DNA of 57,321 nt. Source: Thermoplasmata archaeon (GTDB taxonomy: Archaea > Thermoplasmatota > SW-10-69-26 > JACQPN01 > JAJPHT01). Below the pieces are notes generated by a model, which was not told the origin of the DNA, made no database searches, and was given only the letters and a program-made list of their open reading frames with translations. Positions within the stretch are counted from its first letter, which is position 1. Each line of letters begins with the position of its first letter. The position numbers and the translations under genes are program-made. This document shows positions 17,980 to 30,556 of this stretch, piece by piece. The DNA lies in assembly GCA_034667685.1 (NCBI GenBank), contig JAXDQU010000078.1:1-57321 (forward strand), read 5' to 3'.

Positions 17980-19880
17980 CATTCCAAATCCTCGATCTTG
18001 TAGTGTATGCCCGGAACAGCGACAAGATCAATCGTATCAAACTCAAGCCCGGGAAAGTCAACCTCATCTCCGGTCCCGCGAAGACGGGAAAGAGTCAGGT
18101 CATCAACGTGATTGAGTACTGCCTCGCACGTGGGGAGTGCCCGATTGCGGAGGGCGTGATCCTTGACCATGCAGCTTGGTTTGGGCTTCGAATTCAACTC
18201 ACTGACACGCAGGTGTTCCTCGCACGCCCCTCGCCAGAAGGCGCATCCACCTCGCTCATGTTTCTGGAAGCTGCTCACGAAGTTCGGATTCCAATGAAGA
18301 GCGAGCTCGTTGCGAATACGAACGCCGACGCAGTTGAGAAATATTTGACAAGATCCATCGGGATTACTCCGAACCTCCATGTTCCTCCCGAGGGACACAC
18401 TCGGCCTCCGATTGAAGCCAACGTCCGGCACGCGCTTTTCTTCACCTCACAGGCGCAGAACGAGATTGCCAACAAGGACATCCTGTTCCATCGCCAGTCG
18501 GAGCAGATGATGTTCAACACTATTCGCGACACCCTACCCTACTTCCTGGGGGCAGTCGAAGAAAACCAGCTCTCACTCCTGCACGAACTCCAGGAAGCGA
18601 AGCGTGAACTCAAGCTCGCGACGCGGGCGCTCGCTGAAGCGGATACACTGCAAGGCGAGGGTGTGAGCCGGGGTCATGGTCTGCTTGCAGAAGCGCGGCA
18701 GTACGGGATCATTCCCGAAGGGCCATCCCCTCCCACTGAAGGTGGAGTGCGCGCGCTCCTTGAGCCGGGTCTCCGTTGGAGGCCCGCAGATGTCGCAACA
18801 CTGTCCAATCCGCGTCTCACGGAGTATCAAGAGAGGCGTGAGTCACTCCGCCGGGACTATGCCGAGTGGTCTCGAAAAGCTAAGGAAATCGAGCTAATGG
18901 CTGCCGAGACTAGTGACTTTGCGAAGGAAGTCACTGAGCAGACGTTCCGCCTCGAAACAATCAACGTCTATCCAAGCCAAGCCGGAACTCAAACGCAGTG
19001 CCCGCTCTGCCTGCGAGCGACCGAAGCACCGCGGCATCAAGAGGAACAGATGCGGGCCTCAATCACCGCCCTAAAAGCAAACTTGAGCGCTGCTCAACGC
19101 GAGCGCCCTCGATTTGAGGAGTATGGTCAGAAGGTCCAAGGCGAAATCAGCAAGATTCGTCGCGAAGCGGGTCAGGTTGAGATGGCAATCGAGGCCATCG
19201 TTCGTGATGACGAACGCGCTAAGAACCTCAGGGACAGGAACGCGCAAGCAGCGCAAGTTGTTGGCAGGATCAGCTTTTACCTGGAGAATCCGGTAAAAGA
19301 AGAGAACGTAGACGAATTCAAGGCAGCAGCCGAATCGGCCCGCGCTCGCGTAGATGAGCTCGAAGAGCGACTGTCACGCGAGGCATCTCAAGATCGTCTC
19401 GCGTACATTCTCGACGAAGTTAGCCGAAGGATGACTCAACTCGCCATACGCCTCGGCCTTGAGCACAGCGAGAAGCCCGTGAGGCTCGACATCCCACGGC
19501 TTACGGTCCTCGTAGAGCGACAAGGACGGTTCACTCCGTTGTCGCGCATTGGCAGCGGTGAGAACCACGAGGGATACCATGTCGTCACGTACTTGGCGCT
19601 CCACGAATGGTTCACGACCCACAACCGGCCCGTTCCTCGATTCCTGTTCCTCGATCAGCCGACCCAGATCTACTACGGCGGAGTGCAACGTGACCGCGAG
19701 CGCGTGAAGGAACTCTTCAAGCTCTTTAGCGACACCTGTGAATCCCTCGAAGGGAAGTTCCAGATGATAATCACGGAGCATGCTGATTTCGCGGAGGACC
19801 CCGCGTTCAAGGGCCATGTGGCGGAGGATTGGTGGAAGGGAGGCGCATTGATCCCGCCTGAGTGGATTCCCGCGGAATGA
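17976..19880 (+). CDS. lmuB: Lamassu SMC-like ABC ATPase (LmuB-like, DUF3732 type)
   Basis: Walker A ISGPAKTGKS, coiled coils with CPLC zinc hook, signature IGSGEN, Walker B FLFLDQP, IITEHA. Confidence 0.88.
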   Translation: MTFQILDLVVYARNSDKINRIKLKPGKVNLISGPAKTGKSQVINVIEYCLARGECPIAEGVILDHAAWFGLRIQLTDTQVFLARPSPEGASTSLMFLEAAHEVRIPMKSELVANTNADAVEKYLTRSIGITPNLHVPPEGHTRPPIEANVRHALFFTSQAQNEIANKDILFHRQSEQMMFNTIRDTLPYFLGAVEENQLSLLHELQEAKRELKLATRALAEADTLQGEGVSRGHGLLAEARQYGIIPEGPSPPTEGGVRALLEPGLRWRPADVATLSNPRLTEYQERRESLRRDYAEWSRKAKEIELMAAETSDFAKEVTEQTFRLETINVYPSQAGTQTQCPLCLRATEAPRHQEEQMRASITALKANLSAAQRERPRFEEYGQKVQGEISKIRREAGQVEMAIEAIVRDDERAKNLRDRNAQAAQVVGRISFYLENPVKEENVDEFKAAAESARARVDELEERLSREASQDRLAYILDEVSRRMTQLAIRLGLEHSEKPVRLDIPRLTVLVERQGRFTPLSRIGSGENHEGYHVVTYLALHEWFTTHNRPVPRFLFLDQPTQIYYGGVQRDRERVKELFKLFSDTCESLEGKFQMIITEHADFAEDPAFKGHVAEDWWKGGALIPPEWIPAE

Positions 19881-20013
19881 TGTCTGTTGAGCACCTTACT
19901 AGTACTCGTGCTGCTTGCTCCCTTCAGGGTCGTCTCCAACAGGGCGATTCCGACCCGCGATTTGCATCCAGGTCCCTGACGGGCCGGTGCAGCTCATCGC
20001 GCAGAGGCTCGCA

Positions 20014-20700
20014 TCATTTCTTCGTTGCGCGAAGATAGACGTACACGCTTCGTGGATTGCGGCGACCCGGCGCTTCCAAGAGAAGAACCCACGGGCCACG
20101 ACCGCGGGGAGTCCACTTGACCGAGTATGCTCGTCGTCCATCGCCACCATAGTCCATGTTCGGATCCTCATCGTTTCGGAGTGCGACGTACTTGCGCTCG
20201 CTCAGGATCCAGAAATCAAAGTCGCCATCGCCATCGAGCTTCCCTGTAATTGTCGCGTCGGACGGAACGTCCAGGTGAAGGACGGTCATCGTTCCAGGGC
20301 GAACAGGGTGCGGGCCTTCATCGCAGACTGCTGTTTCGACGTGTGCGTCGGGTCGATCGTTCCCGCGGCGGCGCCCAGCATGGCGGTCGGGCTCTATCTC
20401 AACGGGGCCTGCCAGTTCCTGCTCGGCGGGGTTGGCCTCCATGAGTTCGATTCGCGGGGGCGGGGGCGGCGCAGGATAGTGGTGATGCTGCTCTCGAATG
20501 ATGGTCCCTCCGGGGGCGTTCATTAGGTCATGGCCAGCGTTCTGCACGGCCGCCTCAATTCGGTTCCCGCTTTCCCCCCGCCCCTTTGCGACAAGAATCG
20601 CGATGATCGCGACCACGACTCCCAGGGCTGTGGCGATAGACCCCACCATGACCCAATCAACCATCGCCGCGGCAGCCGCCCTTTGGGGCATAAGCGTCAT
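20014..20700 (-). CDS. Hypothetical membrane-anchored protein downstream of the integrase
   Basis: N-terminal TM (WVMVGSIATALGVVVAIIAILVA), Pro/His linker, beta-rich C-terminal domain. Start uncertain. Confidence 0.65.
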   Translation of the reverse strand: MTLMPQRAAAAAMVDWVMVGSIATALGVVVAIIAILVAKGRGESGNRIEAAVQNAGHDLMNAPGGTIIREQHHHYPAPPPPPRIELMEANPAEQELAGPVEIEPDRHAGRRRGNDRPDAHVETAVCDEGPHPVRPGTMTVLHLDVPSDATITGKLDGDGDFDFWILSERKYVALRNDEDPNMDYGGDGRRAYSVKWTPRGRGPWVLLLEAPGRRNPRSVYVYLRATKK

Positions 20701-20705
20701 GGGCA

Positions 20706-21836
20706 CTATATTCCGGTCCCGCCCGCGCGCAGTTGGCGGATTGTCTCCGCGACCGCTGTAGGCACCGCTTGCGCAACCGCCGCTGCCACCGCCGTCTGCA
20801 ACGCCTTCGTTGGGTCCTCCCGGATCATTGCCCCGACAGGATCAATCCGCGCGGCGGCCCGAATCTCGGCCTCCACGTCCACGGCGGCCAGGTGGACATA
20901 GGTGGAGCTCTCGCGCGAGCCGGGAGCCCACCCAAAATAGGCGTTGAGCTTGGGCTCGTTCCAGCCAGCCTTCGCGGCCCGCGTCGCCCGGGTGTGCCGG
21001 AAGATGTGGCACGTCACGATCCGGTCGAGCTTGCCGGCCTTGGAGTAGTCCCTCAGGATCTTGTTCACGGTCGTGGGCTCCAGCGGCGCGTCCGGCTCGT
21101 GGTTGCTCGGGAAGAGCGGCGCAGATGGGTCGCCCCTGGCCGGGTGGTGCTGGAGCCAGACGCGAAGCGCCGGCACGGACTCGCTGACGTAGATCGTCCG
21201 CGGCCCCGTCTTCAGGTGCGGCGCGTCGCGCGGCATCTCCAGGTGGGCGCCCTCCTGGTCGTCGAAGATGACGCTCCCGACCCGGAGGGCCAGGGCCTCG
21301 CTGATGCGGAAGCCGGAGTCCCAGAGAACCCAGAGGAGCGCCTGCCGCATCCAGCCGCGCTTCGTCAGGTTGCTCCCCCAGGCCTGGCCGAGCAGCGCCC
21401 GGAACTCGTCCTCGGTCAAGGGCCGCTTCCGGGGGCTCTTGGGCTTCTTGACGCGCAAGGCCTCCCGGTACGCCCTGGGGAGGTCGGCGTCGTGGACCCA
21501 GGTGTAGAGCGCCTTCAGGTAGACGGCGAAGCGGAAGGTGCTGGCGGGGCTGTGCGTGGCCCCGTAGATCGTCAGGGTCCGGGTCAGGTCCGAGGGCGTC
21601 AGCTCCCGGAAGGACCGGCCCGGATTGATGGCGTCGAGCTGGAGCAAGTAGGAGCCGACGTTCACCAGGCTGGAGAGCGTGTTCCCCTTGGCCCGCTGCT
21701 TCTCGAAGTACGCCCCGGCGATTTCGCGGTTCGGGCTGGGCAAGCGTTCAAGTACCTTTTCCACGAATGCGGCCGCGCGCCGGGTCCGGTAGTCCTTCCG
21801 GGGTTCCTTGCGCACCCCTTGATCGGAGATTTCCAT
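20706..21836 (-). CDS. Tyrosine recombinase/integrase
   Basis: Catalytic set DSGFRISEAL (R), LKTG (K), HIFRHTRAT (HxxR), FGW (W), STYVHL (Y). ATG 21836 is preferred over GTG 21857, which lies inside the att arm. Confidence 0.95.
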   Translation of the reverse strand: MEISDQGVRKEPRKDYRTRRAAAFVEKVLERLPSPNREIAGAYFEKQRAKGNTLSSLVNVGSYLLQLDAINPGRSFRELTPSDLTRTLTIYGATHSPASTFRFAVYLKALYTWVHDADLPRAYREALRVKKPKSPRKRPLTEDEFRALLGQAWGSNLTKRGWMRQALLWVLWDSGFRISEALALRVGSVIFDDQEGAHLEMPRDAPHLKTGPRTIYVSESVPALRVWLQHHPARGDPSAPLFPSNHEPDAPLEPTTVNKILRDYSKAGKLDRIVTCHIFRHTRATRAAKAGWNEPKLNAYFGWAPGSRESSTYVHLAAVDVEAEIRAAARIDPVGAMIREDPTKALQTAVAAAVAQAVPTAVAETIRQLRAGGTGI

Positions 21837-21860
21837 AATCGCCGAATGGGGTATCACTTA

Positions 21861-21947
21861 GCGGACGTCGCCTAGCCCGGTATGGCGCGGCACTGGAAAT
21901 GCCGTGTCCGAAAGGATCCGGGAGTTCGAATCTCCCCGTCCGCGCCA
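21861..21947 (+). tRNA. tRNA-Ser(GGA) with encoded CCA
   Basis: Acceptor GCGGACG/CGTCCGC, anticodon arm CGGCA-CTGGAAA-TGCCG, long variable arm, T-arm GGGAG-TTCGAAT-CTCCC, G discriminator + CCA. Confidence 0.97.
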
Positions 21948-21957
21948 ATCCCCCGAG

Positions 21958-22030
21958 CCCGGGCCCTCTTCCGCTTCCGAGCCTGCTTGCGCCCGCAGGG
22001 CTCGGAAGCGGAATCGAAAGCGGGCCCGGG
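21958..22030. repeat. Long GC-rich palindrome with 6-nt TTCCGn units after the tRNA
   Basis: CCCGGGCCC..TTCCGCTTCCGAGCC ... GGCTCGGAAGCGGAA..GGGCCCGGG. Confidence 0.75.
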
Positions 22031-22131
22031 TCTCCGATTCGCGGGCCGCATAAGAAAATGCACAGCAGGAATCGCCTGCCCGCAAGCCATGAATATTAAG
22101 GCCCTTGTCCCGCTGCCAAGCCGTGAGCGCG

Positions 22132-23337
22132 ATGTCCCATCGTTTCCTCTTCACCAGCGAGTCCGTGACCGAAGGCCACCCCGACAAGCTCTGCGACCAG
22201 ATCTCGGACGGCGTGCTCGACGCGATCTTCGCCAAGGACCCCAGCGCGCGCGTGGCGTGCGAGACGTTCGCGACGACCGGCCTCGTGCTCGTGGGCGGCG
22301 AGATCAGCACGCACGAGTACGTGGAGCTCCAGGACCTCGTGCGCAGCATCATCCGCGACATCGGCTACACGAAGGGCGCCTACGGCCTGGACGCGGACAC
22401 GTGCAGCGTGCTCAGCGCGATCCACGAGCAGAGCAAGGACATCGCGCAGGGCGTCGTCAAGAAGGAGGCCGCGGAGACCGGCGCCGGCGACCAGGGGCTC
22501 ATGTTCGGCTACGCCACGAAGGAGACGCCCGAGCTGATGCCGCTGGCGATCCAGCTCGCGCACCGCCTGGCGCGCCGCCTCGCGCAGGTCCGCAAGCAGC
22601 ACATCGTGCCGCACCTCCGGCCCGACGGCAAGACGCAGGTCACGATCGAGTGGCGCGACGGCAAGCCCGTGCACGCGCACGCCATCGTCGTCGCCGCGCA
22701 GCACGACCCCGAGATCAGCCAGGACGACCTGCGCCGCCGCATCATCGCCTACGTCATCGAGCCCGTGATCGAGGAGTACGTCAAGAGCGGCCACGTGCCC
22801 GCGGACTTCTTCGACACGAAGACCGAGCTCTACATCAACCACACCGGCAAGTTCGAGATCGGCGGGCCGCACGGCGACACGGGCCTCACCGGCCGCAAGA
22901 TCATCGTGGACACCTACGGCGGCGCGGCGCCCCACGGCGGCGGCGCGTTCAGCGGCAAGGACCCCACCAAGGTCGACCGCAGCGCGGCGTACGGCGCGCG
23001 CTGGGCGGCGAAGAACGTCGTCTCGGCCGGGCTCGCGGAGCGCTGCCAGATCCAGCTCGCGTACAGCATCGGCCACCACGCGCCGCTCTCCATCAACGTG
23101 CAGACGTTCGGCACGGGCGTCGAGAAGAAGGGGAGCCGCCTCACCGACGCGGACGTCGAGGGCTACATCAAGAAGGTCTTCGACTTCAGCCCGTACGGCC
23201 TGATCCGCGAGCTTCAGCTTCGCCGCCCCATCTACCGGCAGGTCGCCGCGTACGGCCACTTCGGCCGCGACGACCTCGACCTGCCCTGGGAGCGCACCGA
23301 CAAGGTCGAGGAACTTCGCCGCGTGGCGGGGCTGTAA
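22132..23337 (+). CDS. metK: S-adenosylmethionine synthetase, bacterial/eukaryotic type
   Basis: [46 protein letters not shown]. Confidence 0.97.
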   Translation: MSHRFLFTSESVTEGHPDKLCDQISDGVLDAIFAKDPSARVACETFATTGLVLVGGEISTHEYVELQDLVRSIIRDIGYTKGAYGLDADTCSVLSAIHEQSKDIAQGVVKKEAAETGAGDQGLMFGYATKETPELMPLAIQLAHRLARRLAQVRKQHIVPHLRPDGKTQVTIEWRDGKPVHAHAIVVAAQHDPEISQDDLRRRIIAYVIEPVIEEYVKSGHVPADFFDTKTELYINHTGKFEIGGPHGDTGLTGRKIIVDTYGGAAPHGGGAFSGKDPTKVDRSAAYGARWAAKNVVSAGLAERCQIQLAYSIGHHAPLSINVQTFGTGVEKKGSRLTDADVEGYIKKVFDFSPYGLIRELQLRRPIYRQVAAYGHFGRDDLDLPWERTDKVEELRRVAGL

Positions 23338-23346
23338 GCTGATATC

Positions 23347-24323
23347 ATGGCTTCGTTCCGGGAGCGCTTGGATCGGGACGAGTTCCCCATCACGTACGAA
23401 GCCATCTCGCCGCGCACCGGCGTCGTCGCGGCGCAGGTGGAGGCGTTCGCGCAGCTCCCGTGCCTCTCGCACCTGGCCGCCGTCAACCTCACCAACAACC
23501 CCTCGGCGCGCGTGCGCATCGACCCCGCCGCGTACGGCCACCTGCTCCAGGAGGCGTGCGGCGTCGAGGTCGTGGCGCACATCACGTGCCGCGACGACAC
23601 GCTGGCGGGCATCCAGCGCTGGCTCCTGGGCGCGTGGGCGCTGGGCATCCGCAACGTCAGCGTGATGACGGGCGACCATCCCAAGGAGGGCGACTACCCC
23701 GAGGAGCGGCGCGTGGACAGCGTGAACGCGCTGGAATTGATCGCCGGCGTCCGCCGCTACCTGGCGAAGGGCGAGCTGATGCCCGACGTCATGATGCCCA
23801 CCGCGACGCGCTACGCCAACCGCTTCGCGCCCCCCAAGCCCGTGCGCAAGACCGACCCCATGGACTTCCTCGTGGGCGCGCCGATCATCCCGTGGCGCAA
23901 CAACGAGGACGCCTACGCCCGCGCGAAGCTGGAGAGCGGCGCGCAGTTCTTCCAGACGCAGATCACGTGGGATGCCAAGCCCGTCCTCGACTGGGTGGAG
24001 CGCCTGGAGCAGACGGGCGTGCTGGGCGCGCGCGGCAGGTACCCCGTCCCCGTGCTCGTGGGCGCCTCGCCGCTGCGCGCGCTGCGCACGATGGAGTTCA
24101 TGCACGCCAGCATCCCGTTCGTCAAGGTCCCCGAGCCCGTCCAGCAGCGCCTCAAGGCGGCGAAGGACATCGGCCCCGAGAGCGTCGCCGTCGCGCTGGA
24201 GATGTATGCCGACCTGATCGATGGCGCGAAGAGCCGCGGCCTCACCACCAAGCTCGGCGCGCACGTGCTCCCCATCAACGACGACGCGCTCGGCAACGCG
24301 ATCGTCGAGGGCGTGGCCAAGCT

Positions 24324-24327
<4 letters not shown>
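23347..24327 (+). CDS. metF: Methylenetetrahydrofolate reductase
   Basis: AHITCRD, ALGIRNV..MTGD, KLESGAQFFQTQ; lies between metK and metH. Confidence 0.88.
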
Positions 24328-27721
<3,394 letters not shown>

Positions 27722-27725
<4 letters not shown>

Positions 27726-28480
27726 ACCAATTCGCGCACGCGCTGGTGCAGCGCGTCCCGCGCTTCGAGGTTCGGGGGGCGCGGGTCGCGGAACTCGCGC
27801 GCGATGAGGAGCGCCACGCCCGCGCCGAGGATGGGGCGCGCGACGAGCTGGAAGGCGTCGTCGTTCGTGGCGCGCGACACGGCCATCGCGACGAGCGCCA
27901 GGAGGATGCCGCACCCGACCACGAGGATGCGACGGCGCTGCCGCGCGTCGTCGGTCAGGGCGCGCAGCCGCAGGTAGGCGGCGGTGGCGAGCACCACGGG
28001 GACGATGGCGAGCAGGAGGCTCACGGCGAAGAGGCGCGCGTCGACGGCGGGGCCCACCGCGACGTCGGCCTTCCAGCGCTGGACCATGACGCCGGTGATG
28101 CCGGCCGCGCGGACGATGGCGACGAACGCGCCCGCGAGCAGCCCGTAGTAGACCCAGACCCACGGCGTGAGCCGGTCGTCGCCGCGCCGCACGTAGAGCA
28201 CGTAGTGCGCGAGGCCCGCGAAGGCGATGCAGATCAGCGCGAGCGTCGCGTAGCGGAGCGCCGCGAAGAGGGGCAGCGGCGTCGACCCGGCCGCGCCCAT
28301 CGCGTCCTGCGCGGCCTGGAGGACCGCGTACGCCGCGATGCCCAGCCACCACGCCGCGAACGCCCGCGAGGCGCGCCGCTCGGCGCCCAGGCCGCGGGAG
28401 ACGAAGCGCGCCCCCGCGTAGGCGAAGGCCGCGGCGGCGAGGGCCGACACCGCGGCGCCGAACGCGAGGGTCCAGAGCAC
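27722..28480 (-). CDS. Multi-pass (about 7 TM) membrane protein
   Basis: About seven hydrophobic segments; host-like codon usage. Confidence 0.7.
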
Positions 28481-28577
28481 GTCCGGGGCTCTGCGCGGCC
28501 GGAGTTTGAACCTGCCGGGAGGACGTGGTCAACGCCCGCACAACAACCGATGATGATCCCCCGGCCAAGGAAGCCGC

Positions 28578-29441
28578 ATGCGCGTGGCGCTCGTCCTCGG
28601 GCTGATCCTCCTCGCCGGCTCCATCGTGGGCTGCCTCTCCGCGGCGCCTGCCCCCGCGGCGTCGGGCGCGCCACTCAAGCACGGCACGATCGTGGCCGGC
28701 GCGAAGCAGGCGCCCCCCTCGCCGGGCTGGGCCGACGCGGCGGTCGCGAAGATCCGCCCCGGCGTCATGGTCCACACGCCCAAGACCGACTGCCCCACGA
28801 ACTTCGTCTTCACGAAGACCGACAACACGAGCGTCTTCATCGGCACGACCGCGTACTGCGTGCGCGACCTGCACGTGGGCTCCGTCGTGACCATCGGGAC
28901 GAACGACACGATCGGCGTGCTGGTCTACAGCTCCTTCGAGACGATGGCGGAGGTCCACGAGACCGACGCCGACGCGCTCAACTACAACGACTTCGCGGTG
29001 TTCTACGTCGACGGCTCCGTCCGCAAGTGGGTCAGCCCCGCGATGCTGCACTTCGGCGGCCCGACCGGCCCGGCCGACTTCGCGGCGATGGGCGCGGGCC
29101 AGCGCGTCCGCAGCTTCGCCGACCTCAATGATAGCCTGCCCGAGGCGCTCCACTCGCGCGAGGGCGTCGTGGGCGCCTCCGCCAGCCCGTGGGCGTACCT
29201 CGTCTACGGCCTCCCCTCGCTCCCCGGCCAGATGGGCGCCGGCGTGACCACGCCCGAGGGCAAGGCGGTCGGCGTCGTCGTCTCGCTGGGCGTCGCGCCC
29301 AACCCCGGCGCCAACGGCGTCGCGCGCCTCGACACGCTGATGGCCTACGCGCAGAAGCACGCCAAGCTCGACATGGTGGTCGCCTCGGCGCCGCTCGCCG
29401 ACAACGGGGTCCTGGGTTCAACGCCGTCATCGCAGAGTTGA
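28578..29441 (+). CDS. Lipoprotein, trypsin-like fold lacking catalytic His and Ser
   Basis: Lipobox IVGC; TTAYC in place of AAHC and LPGQMG in place of PGDSG; collinear with the downstream paralogue. Confidence 0.8.
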   Translation: MRVALVLGLILLAGSIVGCLSAAPAPAASGAPLKHGTIVAGAKQAPPSPGWADAAVAKIRPGVMVHTPKTDCPTNFVFTKTDNTSVFIGTTAYCVRDLHVGSVVTIGTNDTIGVLVYSSFETMAEVHETDADALNYNDFAVFYVDGSVRKWVSPAMLHFGGPTGPADFAAMGAGQRVRSFADLNDSLPEALHSREGVVGASASPWAYLVYGLPSLPGQMGAGVTTPEGKAVGVVVSLGVAPNPGANGVARLDTLMAYAQKHAKLDMVVASAPLADNGVLGSTPSSQS

Positions 29442-29467
29442 AGTCACCCTCCCCGAAGGTGCCCCCG

Positions 29468-30523
29468 ATGCGGAACGTCCTGCTCGCTTGCGTCGTCGCG
29501 CTCGCCGTCCTCGCGGCCGGCTGCACGAAGGCGCCCGCGCCCGAAGGCGAGACGCCCGCCGCGACCGACGGCCCGGCCCCCTCCTCCCCCGCTGGCGCGC
29601 CGCCCGCCACCAACGCCACGAGCGGTGACGCCAACGGCACCGCGCCCGGCGACCCCTCGCCCGGCTCGCCGTCCTCGCCCTCCCCCTCCGCCTCGCCCTC
29701 GAACGGCACCGTCACCGCGCCCGGCGCCCCGATCGCGTGGGCCGCGCCCGACGCCGCGAAGATCCGCCCCGGCGTGCAGGTCATCACCGACGGTGACCCG
29801 CGCGACCCGACCTCCGCGGGCGGCCAGCGCGAGTGCACCTCCAACTTCGTCTTCACGAGCCCCGACAACGCGAGCGTGTACCTGGGCGTCGCGGCGCACT
29901 GCGTCAGCGGCCTCCAGGTCGGCGCGCCGGCCGACGTCGGCCCCGGCATCGCCAAGGGCGCCGTCGCCTACTCGTCGTGGTACGCCATGAACAACAGCGA
30001 GGTCCCCGACGACCCGACGCACCCCGCCGCGTGCACGAGCGAGGCCGACGCCGCGACGTGCGACGCCAACGACTTCGCGCTGATCCGGCTCGACCCCAAA
30101 GACGTCGCGATCACGAGCCCCGCGATGCTCCACTTCGGCGGCCCCGTCGGCCTCGCCACCAGCGGGTCGGTGCAGCCGCTCGACAAGATCCTCACCTACG
30201 GCAACTCGGACCTCCGCCAGGGCCAGGAGCCCATCATGGAGAAGGAGGGGTACGTCACCGAGGAGACCGCGTGGACGACCTACGCCGAGACGCAGTTCCC
30301 GGTGCTCCCGGGCGACTCGGGCTCCGGCGCGCTGACCGCCGACGGCCACGCGCTCGGGATCGTCGTGACGAGCACGCTCTACGCCGCGGACCCGTTCAAC
30401 CCGCCCACGACGACCGGCATCACCAACCTGGACCACGCGCTGGCCTACGCGCAGGCCCACGGCATGGACGTCCGGCTCGCGACGTGGCAGCTCCTCGACC
30501 CGGGCACGCTGCCTCCGGTGTAA
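29468..30523 (+). CDS. Lipoprotein trypsin-like serine protease
   Basis: Lipobox AAGC, P/S/T linker, CTSNF, VAAHC, NDFAL, PGDSGS. Confidence 0.88.
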   Translation: MRNVLLACVVALAVLAAGCTKAPAPEGETPAATDGPAPSSPAGAPPATNATSGDANGTAPGDPSPGSPSSPSPSASPSNGTVTAPGAPIAWAAPDAAKIRPGVQVITDGDPRDPTSAGGQRECTSNFVFTSPDNASVYLGVAAHCVSGLQVGAPADVGPGIAKGAVAYSSWYAMNNSEVPDDPTHPAACTSEADAATCDANDFALIRLDPKDVAITSPAMLHFGGPVGLATSGSVQPLDKILTYGNSDLRQGQEPIMEKEGYVTEETAWTTYAETQFPVLPGDSGSGALTADGHALGIVVTSTLYAADPFNPPTTTGITNLDHALAYAQAHGMDVRLATWQLLDPGTLPPV

Positions 30524-30556
30524 CGGATTCAAACGGCGCCCCCGCGTTGCAGCCGC

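Larger units (their letters stand above)
12514..21868. mobile_element. Integrated tyrosine-recombinase element (~9.35 kb) inserted at the 5' end of tRNA-Ser
   Basis: 8-bp direct repeat GCGGACGT at 12514-12521 and 21861-21868 (tRNA nt 1-8). Imperfect inverted ends TAATGATACC-ATCGGC and (rc) TAAGTGATACCCCATTCGGC. Integrase abuts the right end, and codon usage differs from the flanks. Confidence 0.85.

Noticed and set aside
12514-21868. Casposon or IS interpretation of the inverted ends plus direct repeat
   Set aside because: No Cas1, PolB or DDE transposase; a complete tyrosine recombinase abuts the end, so the repeats fit att arms and core.
21950-22131. SAM riboswitch upstream of metK
   Set aside because: No SAM-I/II consensus recognised; a TATA-like AATATTAA at ~22092 implies only a short leader.
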